DNA of 48,509 nucleotides from Candidatus Heimdallarchaeota archaeon. GTDB taxonomy: Archaea > Asgardarchaeota > Heimdallarchaeia > JABLTI01. How positions within the stretch are numbered: position 1 is the first letter of the stretch; each line of letters starts with the position of its first letter. This document shows, piece by piece, positions 38,184 to 48,249 of the stretch. A program made the position numbers and the translations under genes. The stretch is taken from positions 1-48,509 of the forward strand of contig JAHLVW010000043.1 of NCBI GenBank assembly GCA_019058275.1. The letters run 5' to 3'. The notes below the pieces were generated by a model that saw only the letters and a program-made list of their open reading frames with translations, made no database searches and was not told where the DNA came from.

Positions 38184-39287
38184 TTGAACATTAAATCTCG
38201 CAAATATGCAAATGGTGCTGTTTCATTGGTACCTGAAACTGTCAATGATTTATATGTTCTATACAATATTATTTTACCAAACGATCAGGTAAAAGCTCGT
38301 ACTTTCAGAAGAATAAGATTAGGTAACAAGGAAGGACGTGCAGACAAAGGTGATAGAGTTTCCATGATACTTACGCTTGCAGTTGAAGATGTAAGTTTTC
38401 ATGAATTTGCAAATAGATTAAGGATAAAGGGTAAGATATTAGCGGGTCCAGAGGATCTGATTTCTTTTGGGACATATCACACATTCAACATTGAAGTAGG
38501 ATCATTGTTAACAATTATGAAAGAAACATGGTCCAAAGTTGATGTAAATCGTATAGAGGAAGCAGTTAAGAAAACAGCAAGTGCGAAAGTGCTAATTGTT
38601 GCTATAGATGATAGTGAAGCAACTCTAGCAGCTATAAGCGCTTTTTCCAGCAGTATTATAGCTACCTTCAAAGAACGCATTCCTAAAAAAAGTGGAAGTA
38701 AAGAGAAAACACGAATTGAAATGATTAACAAATTCTATGCGAAAACAGCATTTGCTATAGAAGAAGCTTTTACGACTCAATTTCCTGATGCAACAGCATT
38801 GGTTTTAGCAGGACCAGGTTTTACAAAAGATAATTTTTATCGTTATTTAAAGAACAAAAAGAATATTACGAAAATTCCTTTGGAAAAAATAATTATTGAA
38901 ACAGCTAGTTGTGGAGGACCAAGTGCAATTAGTGAAATTATCAGCAAAAATATTCTAGGCAAACTAATTGAGGAAGAACAAGCAAGTTTAGAAGCTGTTT
39001 ATTTAGAAGACATTATGAGCAGGCTTGGAAGAAATACTAGAACAGTAGCATATGGCAAAGAAATGATCGATCAAGCCATTCAATTTGGTGCTGTTGAAAC
39101 GCTCCTAATAGTAGACAATCAATTACGTTTACGTGATAAAGAAAAAAGAAAACAACTAGATAGTCTTTTGAAAGCTGTCCAAAGTTCTGGCGGAAAGATT
39201 GTTATAATGAGTGAAAAACATCAATCTGGAAAGCAAGTTGATAAATTTGGTGGAAAGATAGCTTTACTTCGATTTCCAATTGGTTGA
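38184..39287 (+). CDS. pelA: Pelota (Dom34) ribosome rescue factor
   Basis: PETVNDLYVLYNII..D.V.A.T.R, RLRIKG.I, GTYHT, AGPGFTK, VAYG, GAVETLL, ALLRF. Confidence 0.96.
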   Translation: MNIKSRKYANGAVSLVPETVNDLYVLYNIILPNDQVKARTFRRIRLGNKEGRADKGDRVSMILTLAVEDVSFHEFANRLRIKGKILAGPEDLISFGTYHTFNIEVGSLLTIMKETWSKVDVNRIEEAVKKTASAKVLIVAIDDSEATLAAISAFSSSIIATFKERIPKKSGSKEKTRIEMINKFYAKTAFAIEEAFTTQFPDATALVLAGPGFTKDNFYRYLKNKKNITKIPLEKIIIETASCGGPSAISEIISKNILGKLIEEEQASLEAVYLEDIMSRLGRNTRTVAYGKEMIDQAIQFGAVETLLIVDNQLRLRDKEKRKQLDSLLKAVQSSGGKIVIMSEKHQSGKQVDKFGGKIALLRFPIG

Positions 39288-39305
39288 GAAAGAATCAGTG
39301 TGTTA

Positions 39306-40697
39306 CTAAACTGGTTTTGCAAAGAAAATATTATGACGATTTCGTATGATACGTACTTTGATCCTTTTGCCAATTGATGCATTATCAGCATTTATGACAT
39401 GTATTAAGCGATTTTTCGCTATTGCAAAAATTTCGTTTTCTTTTCGACCAAAAAGTACAACCTTAGCATCTATTATTTCATTTACTTTCATTGGATTCTG
39501 TATCATTTCAGTTTTATAGTTATTAAACATGTAAGGTTTCAAAACCAAATCTTTTCCTCCCAACCTTTTCTCGAATTCACGGAGTTGTTTATTGAAATCA
39601 GAAAAACTCTTTTGCTTTATTCCTTTCATATTTCTTCCTTGATTATGCAACAAGTAGTTTTGTATGCCTAAAGTAGGATATTTATCACCATTAGAATTAA
39701 TCTTCAAAGAGAATTTAATTATCTCTTCAATATCATCATCATTTACACCTGGTATCCATAAAGGCGCAAGCAATAATGAGATATTAGAATTAGCAATATA
39801 TTCTGCTAACTCAAGAATTTTTTCTAATGGATAATCGCCCCTCCCAGAAAGCTTCTTACCCATTTGAGTATTCAAGGTATTTATAGACAAATTTATTCTG
39901 GATAAATTAACTTCTGCCAATTCATCAATTAATTTCTCTTCTAAAAACCAACCATTTGTCTGTATTGATACAACATTCGTTGCTGGATTATCATTTAATT
40001 TTTGTACTAACTCCACAAGATAGGGATAAGACATTGGTTCACCTTGACCATCAAGATGAGCTTCAGTATTTTTTAATAGCTTTTCAGAAACAACTTGATT
40101 GTAAGTATCAACTAAGTAGTCAGTATCAACTATGAAATCACGTATTTTTGTTTGTGAAGCAGGACCTTCGTCAACAGAACAAAAGGGGCAGTTGAGAGGA
40201 CATCCAGTTATTGCTCTAATTTGTAAAAGATTTGTTCCTCTATCGATTACTCCAAAATATAAAGAGCCAATTAAAGGAATACCCAACAAATTCCTTGTGA
40301 TATAAGTCATTGGTTTTTTAGTAGATCGATTGAACAATGTCAAAGGAAGCTCTTTAGAAATAACCTCTTGAACTAATATTTCAACATCTTTAGTGCTAAC
40401 ATGTGCATTCGCTGAATACTCGAGAGTTACTTTCTGAGAATTATCAATCATGAAAATAACATCTTCCTCTAAAATTGGAAAGAATTTTTCTATTTCTAGC
40501 TTTATACTATCAAGGTTTATCTTTCCGCTCATAACACCTCTAATTAATTCTAGTGAGTTTTCTTTTTCAGAAAGTAAAATTTTAAATGGGAGTAATGAAG
40601 TTAAATCAAGAGTATAACTATTCTTTTTCTTAATCGATTTATCAGATGTCAAAACAATCCCATTCTTTGTCTTACTAACTTTGGAGGTTTTTTTCAC
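39306..40697 (-). CDS. Radical SAM protein with C-terminal TRAM-like domain
   Basis: PLIGSLYFGVIDRGTN, GCPLNCPFCSVD, HLDGQGEP, IQTNG, C-terminal IKVRIIRNRHNIF. Confidence 0.9.
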   Translation of the reverse strand: MKKTSKVSKTKNGIVLTSDKSIKKKNSYTLDLTSLLPFKILLSEKENSLELIRGVMSGKINLDSIKLEIEKFFPILEEDVIFMIDNSQKVTLEYSANAHVSTKDVEILVQEVISKELPLTLFNRSTKKPMTYITRNLLGIPLIGSLYFGVIDRGTNLLQIRAITGCPLNCPFCSVDEGPASQTKIRDFIVDTDYLVDTYNQVVSEKLLKNTEAHLDGQGEPMSYPYLVELVQKLNDNPATNVVSIQTNGWFLEEKLIDELAEVNLSRINLSINTLNTQMGKKLSGRGDYPLEKILELAEYIANSNISLLLAPLWIPGVNDDDIEEIIKFSLKINSNGDKYPTLGIQNYLLHNQGRNMKGIKQKSFSDFNKQLREFEKRLGGKDLVLKPYMFNNYKTEMIQNPMKVNEIIDAKVVLFGRKENEIFAIAKNRLIHVINADNASIGKRIKVRIIRNRHNIFFAKPV

Positions 40698-40768
40698 TAT
40701 ATTCTATTAAAGTTATGTATCAAAAGAAAAGGAATAACTTTCATAACATTTTTTTGAAAGTTTTAAAA

Positions 40769-41254
40769 TTAGATTCTTGGCCTTGACTTTAACCAGAAAA
40801 AGCGAACGTATTTCAAAATTTTGAAAAAGTCTTCTTTCTGACTGACTGATACTAAGCTAATATCATGTTCTTCAGGATCGTAAGTGATTATTATATCCAT
40901 AGGTTCTCCCTTGTAATCTATGTTAATTACTACTTGTATCTCCTGAATGGTAACCATTTTAGCAACATTATACATTTTTCGAATAGCATTAAGAATACGC
41001 ATAAATGAATCACCAGTATCCATTTGTTCTAAAACAATCGTTTGATTCACGTATAAGCCATCTTCTAAAGCAGAATCAAATTGTTTTGCATATTCTTCCT
41101 TTAAGGTTTCAGGAATTGGAGGTAAATCAATTTGTATAAATTGTACTGTGCCAATACTGTTTAATCGTTGTAATCCTTCTGTAATTCGATAAACTATAAT
41201 TTCAGTTTCTGCATCTATTTCCTCATTTGGTAAAATCTTTTCGACTTCTGCCAA
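40769..41254 (-). CDS. Hypothetical protein
   Basis: 161-aa ORF with GGAGG upstream of the TTG start; no recognised motif. Confidence 0.75.
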   Translation of the reverse strand: MAEVEKILPNEEIDAETEIIVYRITEGLQRLNSIGTVQFIQIDLPPIPETLKEEYAKQFDSALEDGLYVNQTIVLEQMDTGDSFMRILNAIRKMYNVAKMVTIQEIQVVINIDYKGEPMDIIITYDPEEHDISLVSVSQKEDFFKILKYVRFFWLKSRPRI

Positions 41255-41635
41255 TTACACATTTCCTCCAAAGAATAGTATATTTTTATCTTTTTTTACC
41301 TGTCTTTAGCTTGCTTATTTCTAATTTGCTTTTTTTTGGGAAACCAAATAGTTATATGATTATATAGCATGAAGGGTTATTTCAAGCTATCTAAAGAGTC
41401 TCTCTAAAAGTGTATAGTGTTGGTAATTATATTAAATAACTGTTTATACATTAAACATATTTTTTGCTAATTATCAACAATTATTTTTGGAAAAAACAAG
41501 ATTTCTTTCAATTAGAGCAAAATAAACATCTGTGCAGTTTATTGATTCTCACCAAAAATAATAAAAAACATATGTCAATATTCGTTCGCTTAATTCAAGT
41601 GTGATGAGTAATATCCTAATTTGAGAGTAGATAAA

Positions 41636-42697
41636 ATGACGAAAAAATATAAGATTGCATTCATGCCTGGGGATGGTATTGGAAATGATGTTTTAGAAGC
41701 AGCTAAAATTGTTATGGATGAAGGAACTGATTTTAATGCAGAATTTATCCATGGTGATATTGGTTGGGTTTTTTGGGAAAAGGAAGGTGATGCTTTACCA
41801 GATAGAACCGTGGAAATGTTGAAGGAAACAGATGCAGCTCTTTTTGGGGCTATTACTTCAAAACCTAATGTTCCAGGTTATAGCTCACCAATTGTAAGAT
41901 TAAGACAAAAATTTGATCTTTATAGCAACATGCGCCCTTGCAAAGCTTATGAGGGAAATCCCCTTAATTATCGAGATGATATTAATTTAATTGTCTTTAG
42001 AGAAAACACTCAAGGTCTCTATTCAGGCATTGAATTTTATGATACAAATGATTTACAAGATATTGAAGTTTTCAAAAAGTATGATCCCAAGAAAACAACA
42101 GTTTCTTGCAGAGTCTTTACTGAGGAAGGATGCAGAAAGATTATCAAGAAAGGATTTGATTATGCTAAGAAAAACAATTATCCAACTGTTACATTGGTAC
42201 ACAAAGCTAATGTTATTCGTGCAACTGATGGCATGTTCTTGAAAGTTGCAGATGAGGTAGCTAAAGATTATCCAGACATAGAGGTATGGAAACAAAATAT
42301 TGATGCAATGTGCATGCAGTTAGTAAAGAATCCTCAGAATTTTGGTGTAATTACTACAACAAATATGTTTGGTGATATTGTTTCTGACCTTACTGCCCAA
42401 CTTGTTGGAGGATTAGGATTTGCAGCATCAGCATCAACTTCTGATGATTATGGGTTATTTGAACCAACTCATGGAAGTGCTCCTAAATATGCAGGACAAT
42501 ATAAAGTGAATCCAATCGCAGCTATTCTTTCAGTTAAATTAATGTTTGAGTGGTTGGGAGAAACTGAAATGGCTAATAAACTTGAAGGAGTAATTGAAGC
42601 CAATCTCAAAGAAGGAAAAGTAAAAACTTATGATCTTGGCGGAAGTTCATCAACTATTGATGTTGCTAAAGATATTGTCAAGAAATTGAACAAGTAA
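41636..42697 (+). CDS. Isocitrate/isopropylmalate dehydrogenase family, probably homoisocitrate dehydrogenase
   Basis: PGDGIG, GAITS...YSSPIVRLR, RENT, HKANV, NMFGDIVSD, EPTHGSAP. Confidence 0.9.
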   Translation: MTKKYKIAFMPGDGIGNDVLEAAKIVMDEGTDFNAEFIHGDIGWVFWEKEGDALPDRTVEMLKETDAALFGAITSKPNVPGYSSPIVRLRQKFDLYSNMRPCKAYEGNPLNYRDDINLIVFRENTQGLYSGIEFYDTNDLQDIEVFKKYDPKKTTVSCRVFTEEGCRKIIKKGFDYAKKNNYPTVTLVHKANVIRATDGMFLKVADEVAKDYPDIEVWKQNIDAMCMQLVKNPQNFGVITTTNMFGDIVSDLTAQLVGGLGFAASASTSDDYGLFEPTHGSAPKYAGQYKVNPIAAILSVKLMFEWLGETEMANKLEGVIEANLKEGKVKTYDLGGSSSTIDVAKDIVKKLNK

Positions 42698-42735
42698 AGC
42701 TATGTGCTTTACTTTCATCATTTTTATTTTTTCAA
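42692..42735 (+). terminator. Hairpin plus T-tract terminator candidate
   Basis: AAGTAAAGC-tatgt-GCTTTACTT overlapping the stop codon, then T-runs. Confidence 0.5.
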
Positions 42736-42840
42736 GATTTATGTTTCAAGCTGGTATTTAAGCTAGAACCGAGTTAAAGTAAAGATTTTTATATTCTATC
42801 TAAATCCAAAAAAACTACAAAACTCAACAAGTGATGCAAA

Positions 42841-43128
42841 ATGCCTAAATCCAAAGGATACAGACACAGCACAAGAAGATTATTCAAGAAATCATCACGA
42901 GACAGAGGAATGCAATCATTAGGAAGACTACTTACTAAACACAAAGTTGGAGACCAAGTTGTAATTAAAATTGATCCAGCAATACAAAAAGGCATGCCAC
43001 ATAGACGATATCATGGGAAATTCGGTATAGTCTCTGAAGTTCGTGGAAGAGCATATGTAGTAAAGATTAAGGCTGGAAATAAAACCAAGAGTATTATTGC
43101 AAGACCAGAACATGTCTACCCAGCTTAA
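42841..43128 (+). CDS. rpl21e: 50S ribosomal protein L21e
   Basis: SKGYR..TR, GDQVVIKIDPAIQKGMPHRRYHGK.G, RPEH. Confidence 0.97.
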   Translation: MPKSKGYRHSTRRLFKKSSRDRGMQSLGRLLTKHKVGDQVVIKIDPAIQKGMPHRRYHGKFGIVSEVRGRAYVVKIKAGNKTKSIIARPEHVYPA

Positions 43129-43181
43129 ATAGAGAAATAGTAAAAAATGAACAAGATTATTTGTTCATAGGTGTGAAGAAA

Positions 43182-43508
43182 ATGCCAAAAGAAACTATTG
43201 ATAAGAACCCAGTCTCATTTCCAGAAGTTGTTACAATATTTAACAAAAGGAAGAAAGCTGGTGAACTTAATTATTTACAAAGGATTGCCCTAGAACATGC
43301 ACAAAGATCTTCTAAAATTACCAGAAGACAAGCTAAAACACTAATTAAGAAACTAATGGCAGAATTTGAGCTAAGTGAAATGATTGCTATTCATATTGTA
43401 AACTTCATGCCTGAAACAATAGATGAACTTCGTGTTTTTATACAAGATGCATCGAGAGTTTATTCTACTGAAGAAGTACATTCAATGCTTGACCTATTAA
43501 GAGAATAA
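43182..43508 (+). CDS. rpo4: DNA-directed RNA polymerase subunit Rpo4 (RpoF)
   Basis: ELNYLQRIALEH, IVNFMPETIDELR; conserved position after rpl21e. Confidence 0.92.
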   Translation: MPKETIDKNPVSFPEVVTIFNKRKKAGELNYLQRIALEHAQRSSKITRRQAKTLIKKLMAEFELSEMIAIHIVNFMPETIDELRVFIQDASRVYSTEEVHSMLDLLRE

Positions 43509-43707
43509 TTGGATAAATCCTTATTCATGTTTTACCAATTAGCTATTCTAACGATTTACTGAATTTGTGTAGCATTTTTGGGTTTAATCCAAACCTCTAA
43601 TTTCATCACATCCTTATTATATCTCTAAACGTGAGAATACTTTTAATTGGATAAATTTTAAAAGTAAAATGAAATAATATACAATCAAAAGGAAAAGTGA
43701 GGGTATT

Positions 43708-44376
43708 ATGCCCGAAAGACCATCAAATAACAGAGATCGCTCTTACAGTTACAAGAAAAGAAATAACCAACCTAGATCAAATTATGGTAGGTCTGAAGGT
43801 ATGAGTGGTACAGAGAAACCCAGAAAATATGAGGAATATGCTTGGACTTTAGCATATTTACAAGAAGGAAGTCCAACAGATCCAAATCCATTTTCACAAA
43901 GGGAACCTGTTATTCAAGCTTTAGGTGAAATTTGGTTCACACTTTTAGAACTAACTCCAAGAAAGGGAGTTGATGTTAAGCCTCTTGCTCGTATTGGTAT
44001 TGGTAAAGATAATCGTAAAGTCATTAATAGAATTAAAAGACGAATCAGTTTTGATGATTTAGCATCGTCTTCCGAAAAAGTTCTTGAAGAATGTATAATT
44101 GAAATAGTTAACAAACAAGAGTTTAGATTTGTTAATTGGTTTAACAAGGCCTCACTTGTAACATCTAGAATGCATTCCTTCAAATTATTGCCAGGTATTG
44201 GCACAACTCATCTCGAAAATTTACTTTCAGAACGTAATAAGGTTAATTTTACTTCGTTTGAAGACATTGCTTCACGCACCAAGGTTTCAGATTCAAAGAA
44301 GCTTATTGTTGCAAGAATTATGAAGGAATTATCAAATCCTGATGAGAAGTATAGATTATTTACAAGAAAACCTTAA
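43708..44376 (+). CDS. DUF655 family putative nucleic-acid-binding protein
   Basis: EEYAW.L.YL, QALGE.WFTLLE, FV.WFN.A..VT.RMH...LLPGIG; conserved rpl21e-rpo4-DUF655 order. Confidence 0.93.
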   Translation: MPERPSNNRDRSYSYKKRNNQPRSNYGRSEGMSGTEKPRKYEEYAWTLAYLQEGSPTDPNPFSQREPVIQALGEIWFTLLELTPRKGVDVKPLARIGIGKDNRKVINRIKRRISFDDLASSSEKVLEECIIEIVNKQEFRFVNWFNKASLVTSRMHSFKLLPGIGTTHLENLLSERNKVNFTSFEDIASRTKVSDSKKLIVARIMKELSNPDEKYRLFTRKP

Positions 44377-44385
44377 CTTCTCTCT

Positions 44386-45084
44386 TTATTTTTCATACTT
44401 ATCCAGGATAATGTTAATTATACTGACCAATTTTGGACAATTCAGATTCCTTGAAATGGAAACATAATTGAAAGTGTAATTATTTTCCTTTGCGATGGAT
44501 TGTAAGTCAAAAGAAAGAGAACTACTGAAATCGAAATAATAGATTAGTATCTTATCTTTATCTAGATAGTTTCTGATCATATTTTCGAAATCATTTATGG
44601 TTGGACAGGTAAGTACATTATTCTCCTCTTCTGATAGATGAGAAAAAGAAAGTACATCTACTAAGGGACTATTGCTTTTAATTAAATCTTCAAAAGGGTT
44701 GCTAGTTGGTTTAAGAAATAAACCAGGATTTGGTTCATACCATTGCTCTATTAATGTAGATGTTTCAATTTTCTCTAAGAGAAATTTCCTTACTTTTAAC
44801 ATTAAGGATGCAAAGCTCCTCAGTCCAGGACCCAAATATCTTATTTTTTCACTTTCAATTTGTATAAAGTGTGGTTTAGGTGTTCCTACAAATAATCGTA
44901 TAGTGATTTCTTTTCGTAAAGAATGAGATAGAAAAATTGCATTCGTTATCATCCGTGAGATTCTACCAATAATCGTTCTTCTCATTGAAACAGGAACATT
45001 GAGATCTTTCTTCTCATATGTTAACTCAGGAATTACAAATAGGAAATATCTTCTCATCATTCTACCCTCATATAATCTACTCAT
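44386..45084 (-). CDS. trmY: TrmY-like SPOUT methyltransferase (divergent C-terminus)
   Basis: RMITNAIFLSHSLRKE, IRYLGP..RS.A.L, EPNPGL; downstream of srp54. Confidence 0.65.
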   Translation of the reverse strand: MSRLYEGRMMRRYFLFVIPELTYEKKDLNVPVSMRRTIIGRISRMITNAIFLSHSLRKEITIRLFVGTPKPHFIQIESEKIRYLGPGLRSFASLMLKVRKFLLEKIETSTLIEQWYEPNPGLFLKPTSNPFEDLIKSNSPLVDVLSFSHLSEEENNVLTCPTINDFENMIRNYLDKDKILIYYFDFSSSLSFDLQSIAKENNYTFNYVSISRNLNCPKLVSIINIILDKYEK

Positions 45085-45139
45085 CTGTTTCTGGTTTGTT
45101 TCAAAAAAATCGAAGATGGAAGGATTAGTTAAAATCTAC

Positions 45140-46528
45140 TTATCGCTTCCTACCACGAGTTATCTTAGTTCCTTTCCCACCTTGTTGCATAGCAGCTAAA
45201 TCACCCATACTTGGTATTTTTCCTCCTCGTCTACCCATTCCCTTTTTCATACCTTTCATCATCTTCTTCATTTGATTAAACTGATTCAAAAGCTGCTTAA
45301 CTTCTTTAACATCTGTTCCTGAACCTCTAGCTATTCTCTGTACTCTAGTACTTTTAATGAGTGTTGGATTTTCTAATTCATCTGCGGTCATTGATTCCAT
45401 CATACACATGAATTTCTTCATATTTTCTTCTGAAGTATCTTGTAAACCATCAGGCAATCCTTGAGAAAAACCAGGTAAGAAAGATAGAATTTTAGAAAGG
45501 GATCCCATTTTACCAATATTTTCCATTTGGGAATACATATCTCTAAGAGTAAATTTACCTGAGAGAAATGCTTTAGTCATTTCCTCATCTGGCGCTATTT
45601 GAGCAGTTTTAACACTTTCTATGAGGGATTCAAGATCACCCATATTTAATAATCTTCCAACAAAACCTGTTGGATCAAATCTCTCAAGATCGTTTACTTT
45701 TTCACCAACACCAAGATATTTTATTGGAGCTTTTGTTGCAGCACAAGCACTTAGTGCGCCACCACCTTTTGCTGAACCATCAAGTTTAGTAACAATAATA
45801 CTACCAACAGGGGTTGCAGTTGTAAATGCTAGTGCTTGATCATATGCTTGTTGGCCAAGTGTACCATCTAAAACAAGCACAATTTCATCTGGTTTAATCT
45901 GTTTGGCAATTTTTTGCATCTCCCTTAGCATAGCCTTTTCTTCTTTATGACGACCAGCAGTATCCACTAAAATTACTTCATGAGTTTTTTGGAATTCTAT
46001 TATGCCATCTCGAGCTAATTTTATTGAGCTCTTTTCTTTTGGATTGCCATAAACAGGAACATTAATTTGATCACCTAACTGCTTTAATTGCTCATAGGCA
46101 CCAGGTCGGTTAGTATCAGTACAAACTAAAGCAGGTTTCATTCCTCTTTTACTCAACCAATTTCCCAATTTTGCGACACATGTAGTTTTACCTGAACCTT
46201 GTATACCAACAAATAATAGAACATTCAGTTTACCAGGAGTGATTTTTAATTTTTGTGCTTTTCCTCCCAAGATTTTCACTAATTCATTATGAACAATGGA
46301 GACAACATGTTTTTGTCTAGGAATACCAGGAGGTAAATCTTCCTTTAAGGCTCTTTTCTCAACGCGTTCTGTCACTTCTAAAGCAATCTCTAATTTAACA
46401 TCTGCTTCTAATAATGCTTTTAATAAATCATTTTTTAATTCACGAACTAAAGAAGCATCAACAGTTCCAGCACCAACTAGCTTCTTTAAAGCATTCGTTA
46501 TTGAAGAGCCTAATTTACCTAATACCAA
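45140..46528 (-). CDS. srp54: Signal recognition particle protein SRP54
   Basis: ALLEADV, GIQGSGKTT, DTAGRH, TKLDGSAKGGGALS, Met-rich M domain RIARGSG. Confidence 0.98.
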   Translation of the reverse strand: MVLGKLGSSITNALKKLVGAGTVDASLVRELKNDLLKALLEADVKLEIALEVTERVEKRALKEDLPPGIPRQKHVVSIVHNELVKILGGKAQKLKITPGKLNVLLFVGIQGSGKTTCVAKLGNWLSKRGMKPALVCTDTNRPGAYEQLKQLGDQINVPVYGNPKEKSSIKLARDGIIEFQKTHEVILVDTAGRHKEEKAMLREMQKIAKQIKPDEIVLVLDGTLGQQAYDQALAFTTATPVGSIIVTKLDGSAKGGGALSACAATKAPIKYLGVGEKVNDLERFDPTGFVGRLLNMGDLESLIESVKTAQIAPDEEMTKAFLSGKFTLRDMYSQMENIGKMGSLSKILSFLPGFSQGLPDGLQDTSEENMKKFMCMMESMTADELENPTLIKSTRVQRIARGSGTDVKEVKQLLNQFNQMKKMMKGMKKGMGRRGGKIPSMGDLAAMQQGGKGTKITRGRKR

Positions 46529-47124
46529 ATCTTACACCAACTTGTAATTTCAAATAGATTAGATATTCATTTTCTATTACTAATAAATAATATTTGTTTA
46601 TTTCTTAATGATGACTGAGTTTATTAACTAAAAAAACCTTCTTATTTTTAAGATTATTCAAAAACTATATTTTAAATAAAAATAGTTATTAAAAGCATTA
46701 ATTTGATAAAAACTTTAATAATCTGAACTAAAATATTAGTTTGATTAAAAAAGAGAAGAGAAGTTTTTAAAGGCAAAGTTACTTTTGCGCAATTGGTTGT
46801 GAGAAATCCAACGATTTGCACCAACATTAACTACTTTAATCAATCATGGCAACCTACTGCTTTTGCTAAAGATTTTTGCCCTTCAGAGAAAACAGTAGTC
46901 TTATCTACAAATAGCTTATTCATGAAAAAACAATAGATCTTATATTCAACCCTAGAAAGTGAATAAACTTCCATTTCTTTGTTTTCCATTAAGACCCCAT
47001 CTCCAGCAATGTCATAAAAAATGGGAGATTTTTGTCGTTGTGTTACCTACTAGTCAAAAGCCAAATTTACTATATAAAGAGCTAAAAATTAGCTGCTTAA
47101 ATGGAATATTATTGAAAGTTAAGC

Positions 47125-47889
47125 ATGGTAGCATTCAATCTTAGCAAAACAGAATTTATCGCTTATCTGGAATGTCCGTTAAAATTCTACATTATAAAAA
47201 GCATGAATCAAGGAATGCCTTATGGACCAAGAGGAGAAAGGAATTAATCTGATTTTCCAGAAGACTCTAAAGATGGAATAAAATGGCATGCTTGGTTTGA
47301 AGTTTTTCATGACAATTGTTTTGATGATATCAGAAATAACAAACCAGCGCCTACAGGAAAAACATCAAGAGAAACAAAAATAATGAAGATGTTCTTTGAA
47401 AAAGAACTGGATAGATACCAAAAACATCCAGATTTCTGGCATCCAGTAGCTACCGAACATTACCTTGAAAGTGATTCTTTTAGAGGTGAAATTGACTGCA
47501 TAGATCAGCTTAATGAGCAAGTGGATTGTTTGTTAATAGAGTATAAGAGGAATAAAAACCATCACGATGAGCAAGAATTACTTTTCTATGCTTGTTTACT
47601 AAAGCAAATAGGTGGTTTTGTTCAAAAGACTGATTATCCTATTAATATAAAGGAAATAGAAATTTACTATTATGAAACTGGTGAGATAATTAGAAGAAAA
47701 ATACAAGAGAGTGAATTAGATAGCTTTGAGGAGTATATGAAATCAATAATAAACGAGATTTTCATGCCTAATTGGATAAGAAAAGAAAATTGTCACATAC
47801 TCAATTCCACATGCAAATTTAGACGTGTATGCAATTGTATTCCAGATGGTTTGTTATATTCTGGTAAACCACAAAAAACCGAAGAATAA
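47125..47889 (+). pseudogene. Cas4-like PD-(D/E)XK nuclease with Fe-S cysteines, interrupted by an in-frame TAA
   Basis: MVAFNLSKTEFIAYLECPLKFY...ERN*SDF (TAA 47245), GIKWH, RGEID, LIEYK, QELLFYA, C-x6-C-x5-C; ATG 47125 is in frame with ORF 47383. Confidence 0.8.
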
Positions 47890-48162
47890 TTAACATTCAA
47901 TCACAAAAAAGTGTTCAAAATAACCACTTTTACAAACAATCACAAAAAACCGATAGTTTGTTACATTAGCTTCGTTTCTAGAAGAGTTTTTTCTCACTTA
48001 GAACTGTCTAAATGCCTTTTTTCCTCTGGAACTACCCCCCTCATATATCTATCAAGACTAGGAACTGTAATTGAATTGTTTTTGTTGTGTTTCTAGTAAT
48101 AAGTAGATGAAATTCTTGATGTAATAGATGCAAATAAAATGTTGAGAGTAAGTAGTCATATT

Positions 48163-48249
48163 CTCAAAAGTGCTCGCGTTGGAGCGTAAGCAAGACCACT
48201 GTAAGTGGGCTTGTAGCGACCGCGAGTTTGCGTTCAGCAAAACTTTGAG
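48163..48249. repeat. GC-rich nested inverted repeat (long hairpin) of unknown function
   Basis: CTCAAAAG/CTTTGAG, CTCGCG/CGCGAG, CAAG/CTTG, CCACT-gta-AGTGG within AT-rich non-coding DNA. Confidence 0.6.

Noticed and set aside
46530-47120. SRP (7S) RNA next to srp54
   Set aside because: The region is AT-rich and lacks the conserved helix 8 motif and long GC-rich stems
901-48240. Short ORF-track entries antisense to or overlapping well-supported genes (e.g. 901-1113, 6587-6967, 23394-24093, 28313-28630, 45621-45839) and 36808-37026, 46959-47144, 47911-48096, 48058-48240
   Set aside because: Shadow or chance ORFs with no recognisable motifs
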